Notes: generated by a model from the letters alone, not told the origin. A stretch of DNA of 64,000 bases from Candidatus Eiseniibacteriota bacterium (GCA_963792585.1 CAWBWI010000001.1:128001-192000), one strand, 5' to 3'. Shown: positions 20,639 through 31,452, counted from the stretch's first letter. Program-made: numbers and translations.

Positions 20639-22426
20639 ATGTCAACCCTGCGACGCTACCTACCGCCCATGAATTCCCCCGCCTATTACGTCCTCCTCGG
20701 TGCGATCGCCATCCTGATCCTCGGGCCCCTGGCGAGGCATCACCGCCGCGTACATGAACTTCTCCCTCGGCTTCTTCGTCGGCGGACAGGTTCTGGCCGG
20801 CATCCTCGGGCAGCGTGGTCACCTACGCCTACGGCGCGGAAGGCAAGCACGGCGCCAACTACATGCAGACGATGGCCGCCTCGGTGGCGAGCCTCTCCGG
20901 CATGGCGGTCCTGATCCAGGCGATGACCTGGCTCGGGTTCCCCGAGCCGCCCGTCTGGCAGCTCGTCCTCTACTTCCTCTGCATCGGGATGTTCGGCGTC
21001 GGCGTCGGGATGCTCTACACGCCGATCCTCGTCGACAGGATGCGGCTCTCGTTCCCGTCCGGCTTCGCCGTCGCCAACATCCTGCGGGCGCTGACCGACA
21101 TCCGCATCCTGAAGACCTCGATCACCAAGCTCGGCGGCGGCACCCTCGCGGGATTCGCGGGCGGCATCGCGGCCACCTACGTCCCCAGGATCGCGCGCGA
21201 CCGGGTTCTCCTCCTCGACCCTGGGGGCGGGCATGATCGTCGGGGTGCGGATCGGCGTCCCGGCGCTCTTCGTCGGCGCGATCGGTCTTGGCCTCACCCC
21301 CTGGCTGCGCGCGATCGGCATGGCTCGGCCCCCACGATCCGTTCCGCAAGATCGGCTTCATCGTGGCGCTCGGGATGATCCTGGGCGCGGCGATCGTCGA
21401 CATGTCGCTCCTGGCCATCTCCGCCTCGCACGCCTACAAGGAATCCCGCGGCAAGACGGCGCCGCCCGCGGAGGATTGGAAGCAGACCGATTCGCGGATG
21501 CTGACGATCTGGGTCGTCTTCTGGGCGCTCGCGGTCATCTTCACGGCCACCTTCTTCCTGAAGCTTCCGCTCATCTTCGTCTTGCGTGGCGGTCGCGCTG
21601 GTCTTCGTCTTCCTGATGGTCAACGGGATCTCGCTCGGCATCTCGGACAGCAATCCGATCTCGAGCGCCTTCGTCGATCACGGTCTTCATCCTGGCCGGG
21701 TTGGGGCTGAAGAATCCCGTCATCGGTCTCATGTGCGCGTCGATCCTGCTGGTTTCGACATCGGTCGGATGCGACATGCAGCAGGACCGCTCCACCGGCT
21801 GGCGGCTCGGGACGAACCGGTCGATCCAGTTCCGCTTCCAGGTGATCGGGGTGACGATGGGCGCGGTGATGTCCGTCGTCCTCGCCCGGCTCTTCATGAA
21901 GGCATACCCGATCCTGTCGATCAACCAGTACGCGCACCCCGACACCCCCGGCATCGAGAAATGGCAGTCGGCGATGACCTTCAAGTTCGTCGGCGCCTTG
22001 GAAGGGATCGCCCACCCGAACCCGCGCGTGATGATGGCCCTCGCCCTCGGGGTCGGTCTCGGCATCGCGATCGAGGCGATCCGCAAGTTCATGAAGAGCC
22101 GCGCATCCTACAAGGCGTGGGTAACGGGATCGCGCCGCGGCCGTCTCACCGATCTCGTGCTGGACTGCACGATCCTCGCGAGTCCCTATGCATCCTCGTT
22201 CGGAGGGTTCGTCGACTTCCCGGTCGTCGCGTGGTTCGCAGGGGGAAGTCTGATGAGCTCCGGGGTGCAGGCCGCGACGGCCCATCGCGCGTCGCGCCGG
22301 CCGAAGACCGAGGAACTGCCGGAGGACATGAGCACGAGCTCGCTCGTGGGAGGCGGCCTCATCGCCGGCGATTCCCTCGCCGCGCTCGGCATCGGTATCT
22401 GGGGACTCCTGCATACGGTGATGTAG
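20639..22426 (+). pseudogene. OPT-family oligopeptide transporter broken by six +1 frameshifts (possibly sequencing artefacts)
   Basis: Seven overlapping ORF pieces stitch into one membrane protein: YMNFSLGF, GANYMQTMAAS, LSFPSGFAVANIL, GISDSNPISS, DMQQDRSTGWRLG, GGGLIAGDSL. Confidence 0.8.
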
Positions 22427-22435
22427 GAGCGACGC

Positions 22436-22972
22436 GTGAGACTCCTATTCGTTTCATGGTTCCTGGCTTCGTTCGCGCTTGGGTGCCCGGCCCGCGCGGA
22501 GTCTCCTCCTGTGACGCCGGCGCCCAAGGCGTCGCGAACCGTCCTCGTCATTCGCCACGCGGAGCGCGAGAAGGAACCCGCCGACGATCCGGTCCTGGCG
22601 GAGGCGGGGAAGGAGCGCGCGCGGGAACTCGTCCGGGTCCTCGGTGGATCCGGCGTCGACGGCCTTTACGCGAGCGAGACCACGCGAGCGCGAGAGACGC
22701 TTCAACCGCTGGCCGACAGCCTCTCGCTCGTGATCGAGACCGGGAACATCGACGATCCGGTGGGACTCGCGCGCAAGGCGATCGCGCGTGGCGGATCCGT
22801 CAGCGTGATCGCCGGCCACAGCGACACCGTTCTGCCGATCATCGAGGCCCTGGGGGTTCTTCACCACCCCGAGTTCGGCGCAATCACCTACGACGACCTT
22901 TTCGTCGTGACGATCCCCTCTTCCGGTCCCGCCACGGTGTTGAGGCTGAAGTACGGCGCTCGAGTGCCCTAG
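22436..22972 (+). CDS. Secreted histidine phosphatase-family (SixA-like) protein
   Basis: Signal peptide; VLVIRHAE, SETTRARET, IAGHSDT. Confidence 0.85.
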   Translation: MRLLFVSWFLASFALGCPARAESPPVTPAPKASRTVLVIRHAEREKEPADDPVLAEAGKERARELVRVLGGSGVDGLYASETTRARETLQPLADSLSLVIETGNIDDPVGLARKAIARGGSVSVIAGHSDTVLPIIEALGVLHHPEFGAITYDDLFVVTIPSSGPATVLRLKYGARVP

Positions 22973-22982
22973 ACATGCCGCT

Positions 22983-23738
22983 ATGAACGACTGCTGCCAG
23001 CACGCTGCGAACGCGGGGATCGGCTCCCTCAGTCTGGCTCTGCTCTTCACGACCGGTCTGTTGATGAGCCTTGGCCACTGCATCGGGATGTGCGGCCCGA
23101 TCGTCGGCGCCTTCAGCGTCGGACAGAAGGCGCGGGGCGCCACCCCCCGGGCGCTCGTTCTCGCAACGGGTCTTTATCAGGGCGGACGAGTGATGAGCTA
23201 CGTCCTGATCGGCGGCTTCTTCGGCCTGCTCGGCTCCGGGGCCGCGCGCCTCGGTGACACCGGGCTGCTCAAGGGTCTGGTTTCGATCCTGGCCGCCGGG
23301 CTGATGCTCATCCTCGGCATCGGGCTGCTCGGGATCCTGCCGTCGCAACATTGGCTGGACCGTCTTCCCTTCGCGCGACGGGCCTCCCAGGCGGTTGCGC
23401 GATTCTTGAGGACACCCAAGCCGATCGGGCAAATCGGCCTCGGCCTCGCCAACGGCTTCTTGCCCTGCGGGCCGGTTGCGGCCTCCGCGCTCACGGCGGC
23501 CGCCGCAGCGAGCGTGCCGCGCGGCATGCTTGCCATGCTCGTTTACGGTTTGGGGACCGTGCCGGTCCTGTTCGCTCTAAGCCTCGGGATGGGAGCCCTC
23601 GGACGGGCGGTGCGGCTGCGCTTCTACAGGATGGGTGCAGTCCTCGTCCTCCTGATCGGCGTCCAGCTCGGCCTCCGCGGCTTCCATGGGCTCGGCTGGA
23701 TCGAAGGCGTGCGGATCGGCGAGATGGTTCTCTGGTAG
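22983..23738 (+). CDS. DsbD_2/TauE-SafE-like membrane protein (cbb3 biogenesis accessory)
   Basis: SLGHCIGMCGPI, GRVMSY, NGFLPCGPV, YGLGTVP; upstream of ccoI. Confidence 0.85.
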   Translation: MNDCCQHAANAGIGSLSLALLFTTGLLMSLGHCIGMCGPIVGAFSVGQKARGATPRALVLATGLYQGGRVMSYVLIGGFFGLLGSGAARLGDTGLLKGLVSILAAGLMLILGIGLLGILPSQHWLDRLPFARRASQAVARFLRTPKPIGQIGLGLANGFLPCGPVAASALTAAAAASVPRGMLAMLVYGLGTVPVLFALSLGMGALGRAVRLRFYRMGAVLVLLIGVQLGLRGFHGLGWIEGVRIGEMVLW

Positions 23739-23871
23739 CGAGGCTTGGAGTTGGGCCCGCGTCTTCCTCACATGTCGTCGCGCAGCCCGAGCAACCTCCA
23801 GCCCTCCTTATACGAGACCTCAGGATTAATTGGGACCGTCGGGCGCCTTCATCCCTTTTAATGCTCTGAGG

Positions 23872-26391
23872 ATGAACAAGGCCAGGACCGTCGAAGCCGC
23901 GACCCAAGATCCGGACTCCGAGCCCGCCCGCCCGTCGGCGGGGGGCGTGGTCGATTGCCTCCATTGTGCCTTGCCGATTCCCTCTTCGCTGCGCGCCAAG
24001 GGAGCGAGGTTCTGCTGCTCGGGATGCGCGCGCGTTTTTGCCCTGCTGAACACGGCCGGCTTGACCCGCTACTATGACCTGCGCCCGGATCGTGGCGTCC
24101 CGGTCGCGACCCTGCGTCCGGACAGCTATGCCTGGCTCGACGCGCAGCGCGGGAACGCGGGACCGTCCGGTGATCGACCGGCATCGCTCTCGCTCGACGT
24201 TCAGGGGGTTCACTGCGCTGCCTGCATCTGGCTCCTGCGAGAACTCCTCCAACGGAAGGCGGGTGGGATCGACCTGCGGTTGAATCCATCCCTGGGTCAG
24301 GCGGAGCTGACGTTCGAGCCCCATCGCTTCGACCTGCGTGCATACCTCCGCGAAGCCGAGACCTTCGGGTACCGGTTCGGCCCGCGTCGCAAGGGGGGTG
24401 CTTCGATCTCGCACGGCATGCTCCTTCGCCTCGGCGTCTCCGCGGCCGCCGCGATGAACGTCATGATCTTCAGTGTCTGTTTCTATGCCGGGCTGGGACC
24501 TTCGGAGGGATCGCTCTACCACCTGTTCGGGAAGCTGAACCTCGCGCTCACCACCCTGGCGGTGCTCGTGGGAGGCTGGGTCTTCGCCCGCGCCGCCGTG
24601 CAGGGACTTCGTCGCGGCGTCGTCCACCTTGACTTGCCGATCGCACTTGGGATCGTTCTCGCATATGCGGGTTCCGTATATGCCTATCGGCACGCAGGCC
24701 CCGAAGCGACTTACTTCGACACCGTGGCGGCGTTCATCACCCTCATGCTGGTCGGGCGCCTCCTCCAGGAGAGAGTCCTGGAGCGAAACCGGAACAGCCT
24801 GCTGGCCGGAGAAGGAATCGAAAATCTCCACACGCGCCGTTTCGAGAGTGGTGCGGTTGTGTCGATTCCGGCCTCTTCGATCCAGGAAGGCGACGAACTG
24901 TGGATTGTCCCGGGAGACATCCTGCCGGTCGAGGCGACGCTGGAGAGCGCATCGGGAGCGGTGTCCCTGGACTGGATCACCGGGGAGTCCGAGGTGCAAT
25001 CCGTGCTCCAGGCGGATCGCATCCAGGCGGGTGCTTTCAACGCGGGCGGAACAACCCTTCGGGTGCGCGCGGCGCAAGGGTTCGATTCCGCCCGCCTGCA
25101 CGAACTGCTACGCGCCCCGATCCTCGCCGAGCAGAACGATGGCGGCGGCGCGGGCGCCCGGTGGTGGCGACGCCTGGGGACCGTGTATGTCCTCGGCGTC
25201 CTCCTGCTCGCGATCGCCGGTTTCGTGAGCTGGATCCCGCAAGGGTTCGAGGCGGCCGCGCGGGTGACCGTTGCGATCCTCGCGATCACCTGCCCATGCG
25301 CGATCGGTCTCGGGATCCCGCTCGCCCACGAGATGGTCCACCTCGCGTTGCGACGGCAGGGGATCTTCCTTCGACGCCGGGGATTCCTGGATCGCGCCCT
25401 CGAAATCCGCAAGGTTCTCTTCGACAAGACCGGCACGCTCACGCTCGGCGAACTGACCCTGACCGAAGGAGCGGCGGCCTCGCTGCGGGCGCTGTCGCCC
25501 GCCGACCGCCGGCTGCTCTATCGGATGGCGATCCGGAGCAACCATCCGACGAGCCGGAGTCTGGCCCGCGCAATCTCACCGGCGATCGGACGTGAACCGG
25601 CGATTCCGGCAAGGGAAATCGAGGCCGACGATGCAATCCTCGAAACGCCCGGACAAGGCCTGGCCTGGAGTCGGATCGACGGCCACTACAGACTCGGCCG
25701 ACCGGGCTTCGCGCTCGCGGCGGTGGCCCCCGAGCCCGTGGGTGAGGGACGCGGCCCCGCGGCGCCGCATACCGGATCCGCAGACGAAGGCGCGACCATC
25801 TTCTCCAAGGACGATCGCCCTCTCGCCCGCTTCTTCTTCGACGAGGAGATGCGCAGCGACGCCCGCGTCGAGATCGAGCGCTTGCTAGAAAGCGGGTACC
25901 AGGTCCACCTGCTCAGCGGTGACACGTCGGCGAAGACCTCACGGCTCGCCGAGCGGGTCGGAATCGCCCCGGAGAATGCGCTGGGAGAGCTTTCGCCGGA
26001 GGCGAAGGCGGAGCGGGTCCGTGCGATCACGCGCCACGACACGCTGATGGTGGGGGACGGGATCAACGACGCCATGAGCTTCGACGCGGCGACCTGTACG
26101 GCGACCCCCGCGGTCGATCGACCGGCATTGCCCGCGCGCGCCGACTTCTACTTTCTTGGGGAGGGGATCGCGGCCGTGCGCCGCGCGCTCGATGCGGCGC
26201 ACCACCTCCGTGCGGTGACGCGGGCGAACCTCCTCTTCGCGCTCGCATACAATGCGATCGCCCTATCCCTCTGTTTCGCCGGATGGATCTCCCCGTTGTT
26301 GGCGGCGATCCTGATGCCCGCGAGCTCGCTGACCGTGGTGGGACACACCACATGGCGCCTGACCGGACGGAGGCTCTCGTGGATGTCCTGA
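23872..26391 (+). CDS. ccoI: Copper P1B-type ATPase CcoI/FixI
   Basis: CLHC...FCCSGC, HCAAC, TGES, CPC, DKTGT, GDGIND; lies in the cco cluster. Confidence 0.9.
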   Translation: MNKARTVEAATQDPDSEPARPSAGGVVDCLHCALPIPSSLRAKGARFCCSGCARVFALLNTAGLTRYYDLRPDRGVPVATLRPDSYAWLDAQRGNAGPSGDRPASLSLDVQGVHCAACIWLLRELLQRKAGGIDLRLNPSLGQAELTFEPHRFDLRAYLREAETFGYRFGPRRKGGASISHGMLLRLGVSAAAAMNVMIFSVCFYAGLGPSEGSLYHLFGKLNLALTTLAVLVGGWVFARAAVQGLRRGVVHLDLPIALGIVLAYAGSVYAYRHAGPEATYFDTVAAFITLMLVGRLLQERVLERNRNSLLAGEGIENLHTRRFESGAVVSIPASSIQEGDELWIVPGDILPVEATLESASGAVSLDWITGESEVQSVLQADRIQAGAFNAGGTTLRVRAAQGFDSARLHELLRAPILAEQNDGGGAGARWWRRLGTVYVLGVLLLAIAGFVSWIPQGFEAAARVTVAILAITCPCAIGLGIPLAHEMVHLALRRQGIFLRRRGFLDRALEIRKVLFDKTGTLTLGELTLTEGAAASLRALSPADRRLLYRMAIRSNHPTSRSLARAISPAIGREPAIPAREIEADDAILETPGQGLAWSRIDGHYRLGRPGFALAAVAPEPVGEGRGPAAPHTGSADEGATIFSKDDRPLARFFFDEEMRSDARVEIERLLESGYQVHLLSGDTSAKTSRLAERVGIAPENALGELSPEAKAERVRAITRHDTLMVGDGINDAMSFDAATCTATPAVDRPALPARADFYFLGEGIAAVRRALDAAHHLRAVTRANLLFALAYNAIALSLCFAGWISPLLAAILMPASSLTVVGHTTWRLTGRRLSWMS

Positions 26392-26561
26392 TCATCCTCG
26401 TGTTCGTGAGCTTGGTCCTCGTTGCGGCCGCGATCCTCTTTCTGTTCTCACGGGTCCACGGTGGAGACCTGGACCATGGGGACAGATTGTCCCTCATGCC
26501 GTTGGATGACGATGCGAACCCGAGCCACAAGCAGAAGGAAGGAGAAACGGTTCCTCGATGA
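26379..26561 (+). CDS. ccoS: cbb3-type oxidase assembly protein CcoS
   Basis: GTG start with GGAGG RBS; single TM then GDLDHGDRLSLMPLDDD; sits between ccoI and ccoN. Confidence 0.85.
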   Translation: MDVLIILVFVSLVLVAAAILFLFSRVHGGDLDHGDRLSLMPLDDDANPSHKQKEGETVPR

Positions 26562-29029
26562 GAGAAGCAACCGTCAAACAAGTCGTCTATGACGACGCCG
26601 TCGTTCGGCTCTTCACTCTCGCCTCCGTGCTTTGGGGCGTCGTGGCGCTCCTGCTCGGAGTTCTCATCGCCACCCAACTTCCGTTCTGGCAAGCGAACTT
26701 CGGAATCCCCTGGCTGACGTTCGGACGTCTGCGACCCTTGCATACCAACGCGGCGATCTTCGCATTCGTCGGTAACATGATGTTCGCCGGCATCTACTAT
26801 TCGACGCAGAGGTTGCTGAAGACCCGCATGGCGTCCGACGTTCTGAGTCGGGTGAACTTCTGGGGCTGGCAGTTGATCATCGTCTGCGCGGCGGCGAGCA
26901 TCCCCTTCGGGCTGACGCAGAGCAAGGAATACGCGGAGCTGATCTGGCCGATCGACATCCTCGTGGCGTTGACCTGGGTTGTCTTCGCGGTCAACTTCTT
27001 CTGGACGCTGGCGATTCGCAATGAGCCGAACCTCTACGTCTCGCTCTGGTTCTACATCGCCACGATCGTCACGATTCCGGTCCTCTACATCGTCAACAAC
27101 CTCCAGATTCCGACCAGCTTCCTGCACAGCTACTCCGTATATGCCGGTGTGCAGGATGCCCTGGTCCAGTGGTGGTACGGGCACAACGCGGTCGGCTTCT
27201 TCCTGACGACGCCGATACTGGGGATCATGTACTACTTCGTCCCGAAGGCCGCGGGGCGCCCCGTCTACTCCTACCGGCTCTCGGTCGTCCACTTCTGGGC
27301 CCTTGTGTTCGTCTATATCTGGGCGGGGCCGCACCATCTGCTGAACACCTCGCTCCCGAACTGGGCCCAGACGCTCGGGACGGTCTTCAGCGTCATGCTC
27401 CTCGCCCCCTCGTGGGGCGGAATGGTCAATGGTCTCATGACGCTGCGGGGCGCATGGGATCGGCTGCGGACCGACCCGGTCCTCAAGTTCTTCGCGGTGG
27501 GGATCACCTTCTACGGCATGTCGACCTTCGAGGGGCCGCTTCTTTCCCTGAGGGAAGTCAACGGCCTGGCCCACTACACGGACTGGATCATCGCGCACGT
27601 CCACGGCGGAGCGCTCGGGTGGAACGGCTTCATGGCGGCCGGAATGTTCTACTGGCTGGTCCCGAAGCTCTGGAACACGAAGCTGCGGTCGGTGAGAATG
27701 GCCGAGAGCCATTTCTGGCTCGGCACCTTCGGAATGCTCCTCTACGTGGTGGCGATGTGGATCGCCGGCGTGAATCAAGGCCTCTACTGGCGGGCTCTCG
27801 GCGCCGACACGTTCCTCAAGTACCCGGACTTCATCCAGGCGCTGATCTCGTCCCACTTCCTGTGGGTCATGCGGATGATCGGCGGAGCGATCTACCTAGG
27901 CGGGTTCGTCCTGATGGTCGTCAATCTGTTCGCGACGATCCGCTCCGGGGCGGCGATCACCGTCACCCAGCAGGTCGTCGTCCCCGAAGCGTTGCCTGCG
28001 CCTTCCGTATGGAGGCTCATCCGTGGCGCACCGGTCGTTCTCTCTGCGGGCGCAATCTTCTTCGGGATCCTCCTCGGCCGCGCGGACGCCGTTGCAAGCC
28101 CGCTCGTGTTGACCGGCATGGCGGCGGTCACGGTCGCGGCGATCCTGGTCGCGGGGATGGAGCGCCGAGAGGCCGGAAGCTGGCATCGCCTCGTCGAGCG
28201 CCGGCCGCTCGCGTTCACGCTCCTGATCCTCGTCGCGATCCTGGTCGGCGGGCTGGTAGAACTGGTCCCCAGTATCGCGATCCGCAAGCGGGTTCCCATG
28301 GTGCCGTCGGTGGAAACCGTCGTCCCTGCGGCGCCCGGCTCAACGGCGGACCCGGCCCCGCCCGGTGCAGTGGCGCCCGCGGTCACGGCCCCCGCGCCGC
28401 TGCCGGTGGACAAGTTCCTTCAGCAGCCGTACAGCGCCCTCGAACTGGCGGGACGGGACATCTACGTTTCCGAGGGTTGCTACAACTGCCACAGCCAGAT
28501 GGTGCGTCCCTTCCGACACGAGACGCTGCGATACGGCGAGTACTCGCGGATGGAGGAGTTCATCTACGATCACCCGTTCCAGTTCGGTTCCAAGAGGACC
28601 GGCCTGGACCTGCACCGGGTCGGCGGGAAATACCCGAATCTCTGGCACTACCAGCACCTGATGGACCCGAGGTCCACGTCCCCGGGGTCCAACATGCCGT
28701 CCTACAAACAGATGAAGACGGCCCGCATCGACCCGGCGCAGCTCGAGCGCAAGTTCAGGGTGATGCGTCAGCTCGGCGTTCCCTACACCGACTCCGATAT
28801 CACATCCGCCCCCGCGTCCGCGCGCCAGCAGGCTCGGTTGATCCACGCCGATCTCCAGGCGCAGGGGGTTCGAATCGAGCCGGAGACGAAGTTGATCGCG
28901 CTGATCGCCTACTTGCAGCGGCTCGGGCGGGGACCGCAGTTCAAGCCGGATGTCCGTGCGATGGGGGATCTGCCGCCCACGGAGTCTCGGATGGCGGCGG
29001 GAGATCGACCCGCGGCGGGAGGGCGCTAG
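26558..29029 (+). CDS. ccoNO: Fused cbb3-type cytochrome c oxidase subunits I/II
   Basis: FGRLRPLHTNA, KEYAEL, WWYGHNAVGF, GPHH, HVH; then EGCYNCHSQMVRP, GSKRTG, SNMP (CcoO). Confidence 0.95.
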   Translation: MREATVKQVVYDDAVVRLFTLASVLWGVVALLLGVLIATQLPFWQANFGIPWLTFGRLRPLHTNAAIFAFVGNMMFAGIYYSTQRLLKTRMASDVLSRVNFWGWQLIIVCAAASIPFGLTQSKEYAELIWPIDILVALTWVVFAVNFFWTLAIRNEPNLYVSLWFYIATIVTIPVLYIVNNLQIPTSFLHSYSVYAGVQDALVQWWYGHNAVGFFLTTPILGIMYYFVPKAAGRPVYSYRLSVVHFWALVFVYIWAGPHHLLNTSLPNWAQTLGTVFSVMLLAPSWGGMVNGLMTLRGAWDRLRTDPVLKFFAVGITFYGMSTFEGPLLSLREVNGLAHYTDWIIAHVHGGALGWNGFMAAGMFYWLVPKLWNTKLRSVRMAESHFWLGTFGMLLYVVAMWIAGVNQGLYWRALGADTFLKYPDFIQALISSHFLWVMRMIGGAIYLGGFVLMVVNLFATIRSGAAITVTQQVVVPEALPAPSVWRLIRGAPVVLSAGAIFFGILLGRADAVASPLVLTGMAAVTVAAILVAGMERREAGSWHRLVERRPLAFTLLILVAILVGGLVELVPSIAIRKRVPMVPSVETVVPAAPGSTADPAPPGAVAPAVTAPAPLPVDKFLQQPYSALELAGRDIYVSEGCYNCHSQMVRPFRHETLRYGEYSRMEEFIYDHPFQFGSKRTGLDLHRVGGKYPNLWHYQHLMDPRSTSPGSNMPSYKQMKTARIDPAQLERKFRVMRQLGVPYTDSDITSAPASARQQARLIHADLQAQGVRIEPETKLIALIAYLQRLGRGPQFKPDVRAMGDLPPTESRMAAGDRPAAGGR

Positions 29030-29032
29030 GCC

Positions 29033-29239
29033 ATGTTCCAGGACTTTCTTGCTTCGCAAGAGCTGGGGATCTTCCCGACCATCGCCCTGCTGATCTTCCT
29101 GTTCTGTTTCACGGCGGTCCTGGCGCACCTGTTGCTGAGCCGCAAGGAGCCGCTCGATCGGATCGCGCATCTGCCCCTCGACGATGACGAGCTGCACGGA
29201 GGCGGGCCGGGTCTGCAGGGGAGGAGGACGGGACAATGA
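29033..29239 (+). CDS. ccoQ: cbb3 oxidase subunit CcoQ
   Basis: Single TM followed by IAHLPLDDD; positioned between ccoO and ccoP. Confidence 0.8.
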   Translation: MFQDFLASQELGIFPTIALLIFLFCFTAVLAHLLLSRKEPLDRIAHLPLDDDELHGGGPGLQGRRTGQ

Positions 29240-29940
29240 GCAAGCGCCGCGACGAGATGCTCGATCACGAGTTCGATGGAATCCGTGAGTACGACAATCC
29301 GCCTCCGCCGTGGATCATGTGGATCCTCTATGCGAGCGTGGTCTTCGCCGTGTTCTACTGGATGAGCTATCACACCTTCGCGGTCGGGAAGCTCCCGGAC
29401 GCGAAGTACGATGCCGAGATGGCGAAGGCGGCGGAACACCAGCTCGCGCAGATGGCGAAGCAGGAACTGAGCGACAAGACCCTGCTCCTGATGGCGGCGG
29501 TGCCGGCCCGCGTGCAGGATGGACGCAAGATCTTCGAGCAATACTGTGTCGTCTGCCACATGCAGAACGGGGAGGGGAGTGTCGGCCCGAACCTCACCGA
29601 TGCGTATTGGATCCACGGCAGTCAACCGATGCAGATCTTCAACACCGTCACCAAGGGCGTGCCCGAGAAGGGGATGGTCGCTTGGGGAGGGCAACTGGGG
29701 CCGAATCGCGTGCAGGCGGTCGTCGCCTATCTCCTGACCATCAAGGGACGCAATCTCCCTGGGAAGGCGCCCCAGGGGAATCCGGAGGTGGATGCGCCGC
29801 CGGCACCCGCCGGCAGTCCCGCGACCCCCGCCGGCGCGATCCCGGCCGGAGCGACTCCTGCCGGCGCGAATCCGGCCGGAGCGACGCCGAGTTCGCCGGT
29901 CGCCGCTCCGGCGTCCGAGCCGAGTTCGCATGCGAGCTAG
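29236..29940 (+). CDS. ccoP: cbb3 oxidase subunit CcoP (monoheme)
   Basis: DHEFDGIREYDNPPPPW, one CVVCH, GPNLTDAYWIHG, KGMVAW; Pro/Ala tail. Confidence 0.9.
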   Translation: MSKRRDEMLDHEFDGIREYDNPPPPWIMWILYASVVFAVFYWMSYHTFAVGKLPDAKYDAEMAKAAEHQLAQMAKQELSDKTLLLMAAVPARVQDGRKIFEQYCVVCHMQNGEGSVGPNLTDAYWIHGSQPMQIFNTVTKGVPEKGMVAWGGQLGPNRVQAVVAYLLTIKGRNLPGKAPQGNPEVDAPPAPAGSPATPAGAIPAGATPAGANPAGATPSSPVAAPASEPSSHAS

Positions 29941-29991
29941 CGAACCGGATTCGGGCGGCAGACCCGCGCGATCGGGAATCAGAGGTTCCGC

Positions 29992-31404
29992 GTGAGTGAG
30001 AACGAAAGCTCCACGGGTCCGCGGACCGAGCGTCTGCGCCTGCCGGATCTCGAGACCGTCTACACGATCAACACCGACGGCTCCCGGAACTTCCTCCACC
30101 CGGCGGACGTGAAGGGACGCTGGCAGCGGCGCAAGAATGCGGTCTTTGCCCTTCTGATCGCCATCTACGCCGTTCTGCCCTGGATCGTGATCCGCGGCCG
30201 ACCGGCCGTCCTGATCGACATCCCGGGGCGCGAGGCATTCCTGTTCGGCAAGACCTTCACGAACCAGGACTTCTACCTACTCTTCTTCCTCCTGTCGGGC
30301 ATCGGGTTCTGTCTCTTCGTGCTCACGGCGCTATGGGGGAGGATATGGTGCGGATTCGCCTGTCCGCAGACCGTCTACCTGGAGGGCGTCTTTCGCAGGA
30401 TCGAGAGGTGGATCGAGGGACCCCGCGACACGAGGATCCGGAGGAATCGAGGACCGATCTCACGGGACAAGGCCGCGCGCAAGCTCGTCAAACATCTGAT
30501 CTTCCTGGGTCTCTCCCTGCTCGTGGCGCACATCTTCATCGCCTACTTCATTCCCGCACGGGATCTATGGGGCGTCGTCCGGTCGGCCCCGTCCCAACAC
30601 TGGACCGCATTCCTGTGGGTCGTCGGGATGACGGGAATCCTCTACTTCGACTTCTCTTGGTTCCGAGAGCAGACGTGTCTTGTCGTCTGCCCCTACGGCC
30701 GACTCCAATCGGCCATGATCGACAGCGACACCATCGTGATCGGCTATGACGGGAAACGCGGTGAGCCGCGATCGAGGACCGTGGAGGCTGCGGGAGACTG
30801 CGTCGACTGCCGGCGGTGCGTCGTCGTCTGCCCTACGGGGATCGACATCCGAAACGGCCTGCAACTGGAGTGCGTCGGGTGCGCCAACTGCGTCGATGCC
30901 TGCGACGAGATCATGGAACGGCTCGGCAGGCCGCGCGGCCTCGTGCGATACGACTCGCGGCGCGGGTTCGAATCGGGAACGCGACGCAGGCTCCTGAGAC
31001 CTCGGGTGGCCCTCTACGCGGCCCTTGGGATCGTGGGCCTCACCGTTGCCTCGATAGCCGTTACCCGTCGCAGCAACTTCGAGGTCCACGCCCTCCGCAC
31101 CCGCGGCATGCCCTACACCCTCGAGGGGGGGACGATCCGGAACCTCCTTCAGGTCAATATCCAGAACAAGGGTACGGAGCGTCACGTGTTCTTCATAAGC
31201 ATGAGTGCGGAAGGCCACGGCGACGTCGAGACCGTGATTGCGCAACCCCGACTCGTCCTGGACGGTCTCGCGGATGCGACCGTGCCGATCTTCGCGACGA
31301 TCCGCCAGGACGCGTACACGGAGGGATTCCCCTTGATGATCGCGGTGCGGGACTCCGCATCGGGAGAGGAACGTCAGGTCGAGGCCCACTTCCTCGGTCC
31401 GTAG
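29992..31404 (+). CDS. ccoG: Cytochrome c oxidase accessory protein CcoG/FixG
   Basis: GRIWCGFACPQTV, CLVVCPYGRLQS, CVDCRRCVVVCP, CVGCANCVDAC. Confidence 0.93.
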   Translation: MSENESSTGPRTERLRLPDLETVYTINTDGSRNFLHPADVKGRWQRRKNAVFALLIAIYAVLPWIVIRGRPAVLIDIPGREAFLFGKTFTNQDFYLLFFLLSGIGFCLFVLTALWGRIWCGFACPQTVYLEGVFRRIERWIEGPRDTRIRRNRGPISRDKAARKLVKHLIFLGLSLLVAHIFIAYFIPARDLWGVVRSAPSQHWTAFLWVVGMTGILYFDFSWFREQTCLVVCPYGRLQSAMIDSDTIVIGYDGKRGEPRSRTVEAAGDCVDCRRCVVVCPTGIDIRNGLQLECVGCANCVDACDEIMERLGRPRGLVRYDSRRGFESGTRRRLLRPRVALYAALGIVGLTVASIAVTRRSNFEVHALRTRGMPYTLEGGTIRNLLQVNIQNKGTERHVFFISMSAEGHGDVETVIAQPRLVLDGLADATVPIFATIRQDAYTEGFPLMIAVRDSASGEERQVEAHFLGP

Positions 31405-31452
31405 GTCGACGTCGGGCGCCGGGACGACCAGGGCCGGTCGGATGTCCCGAGA

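Noticed and set aside
23740..23871. FNR box upstream of ccoI
   Set aside because: No TTGAT-N4-ATCAA-like palindrome found.
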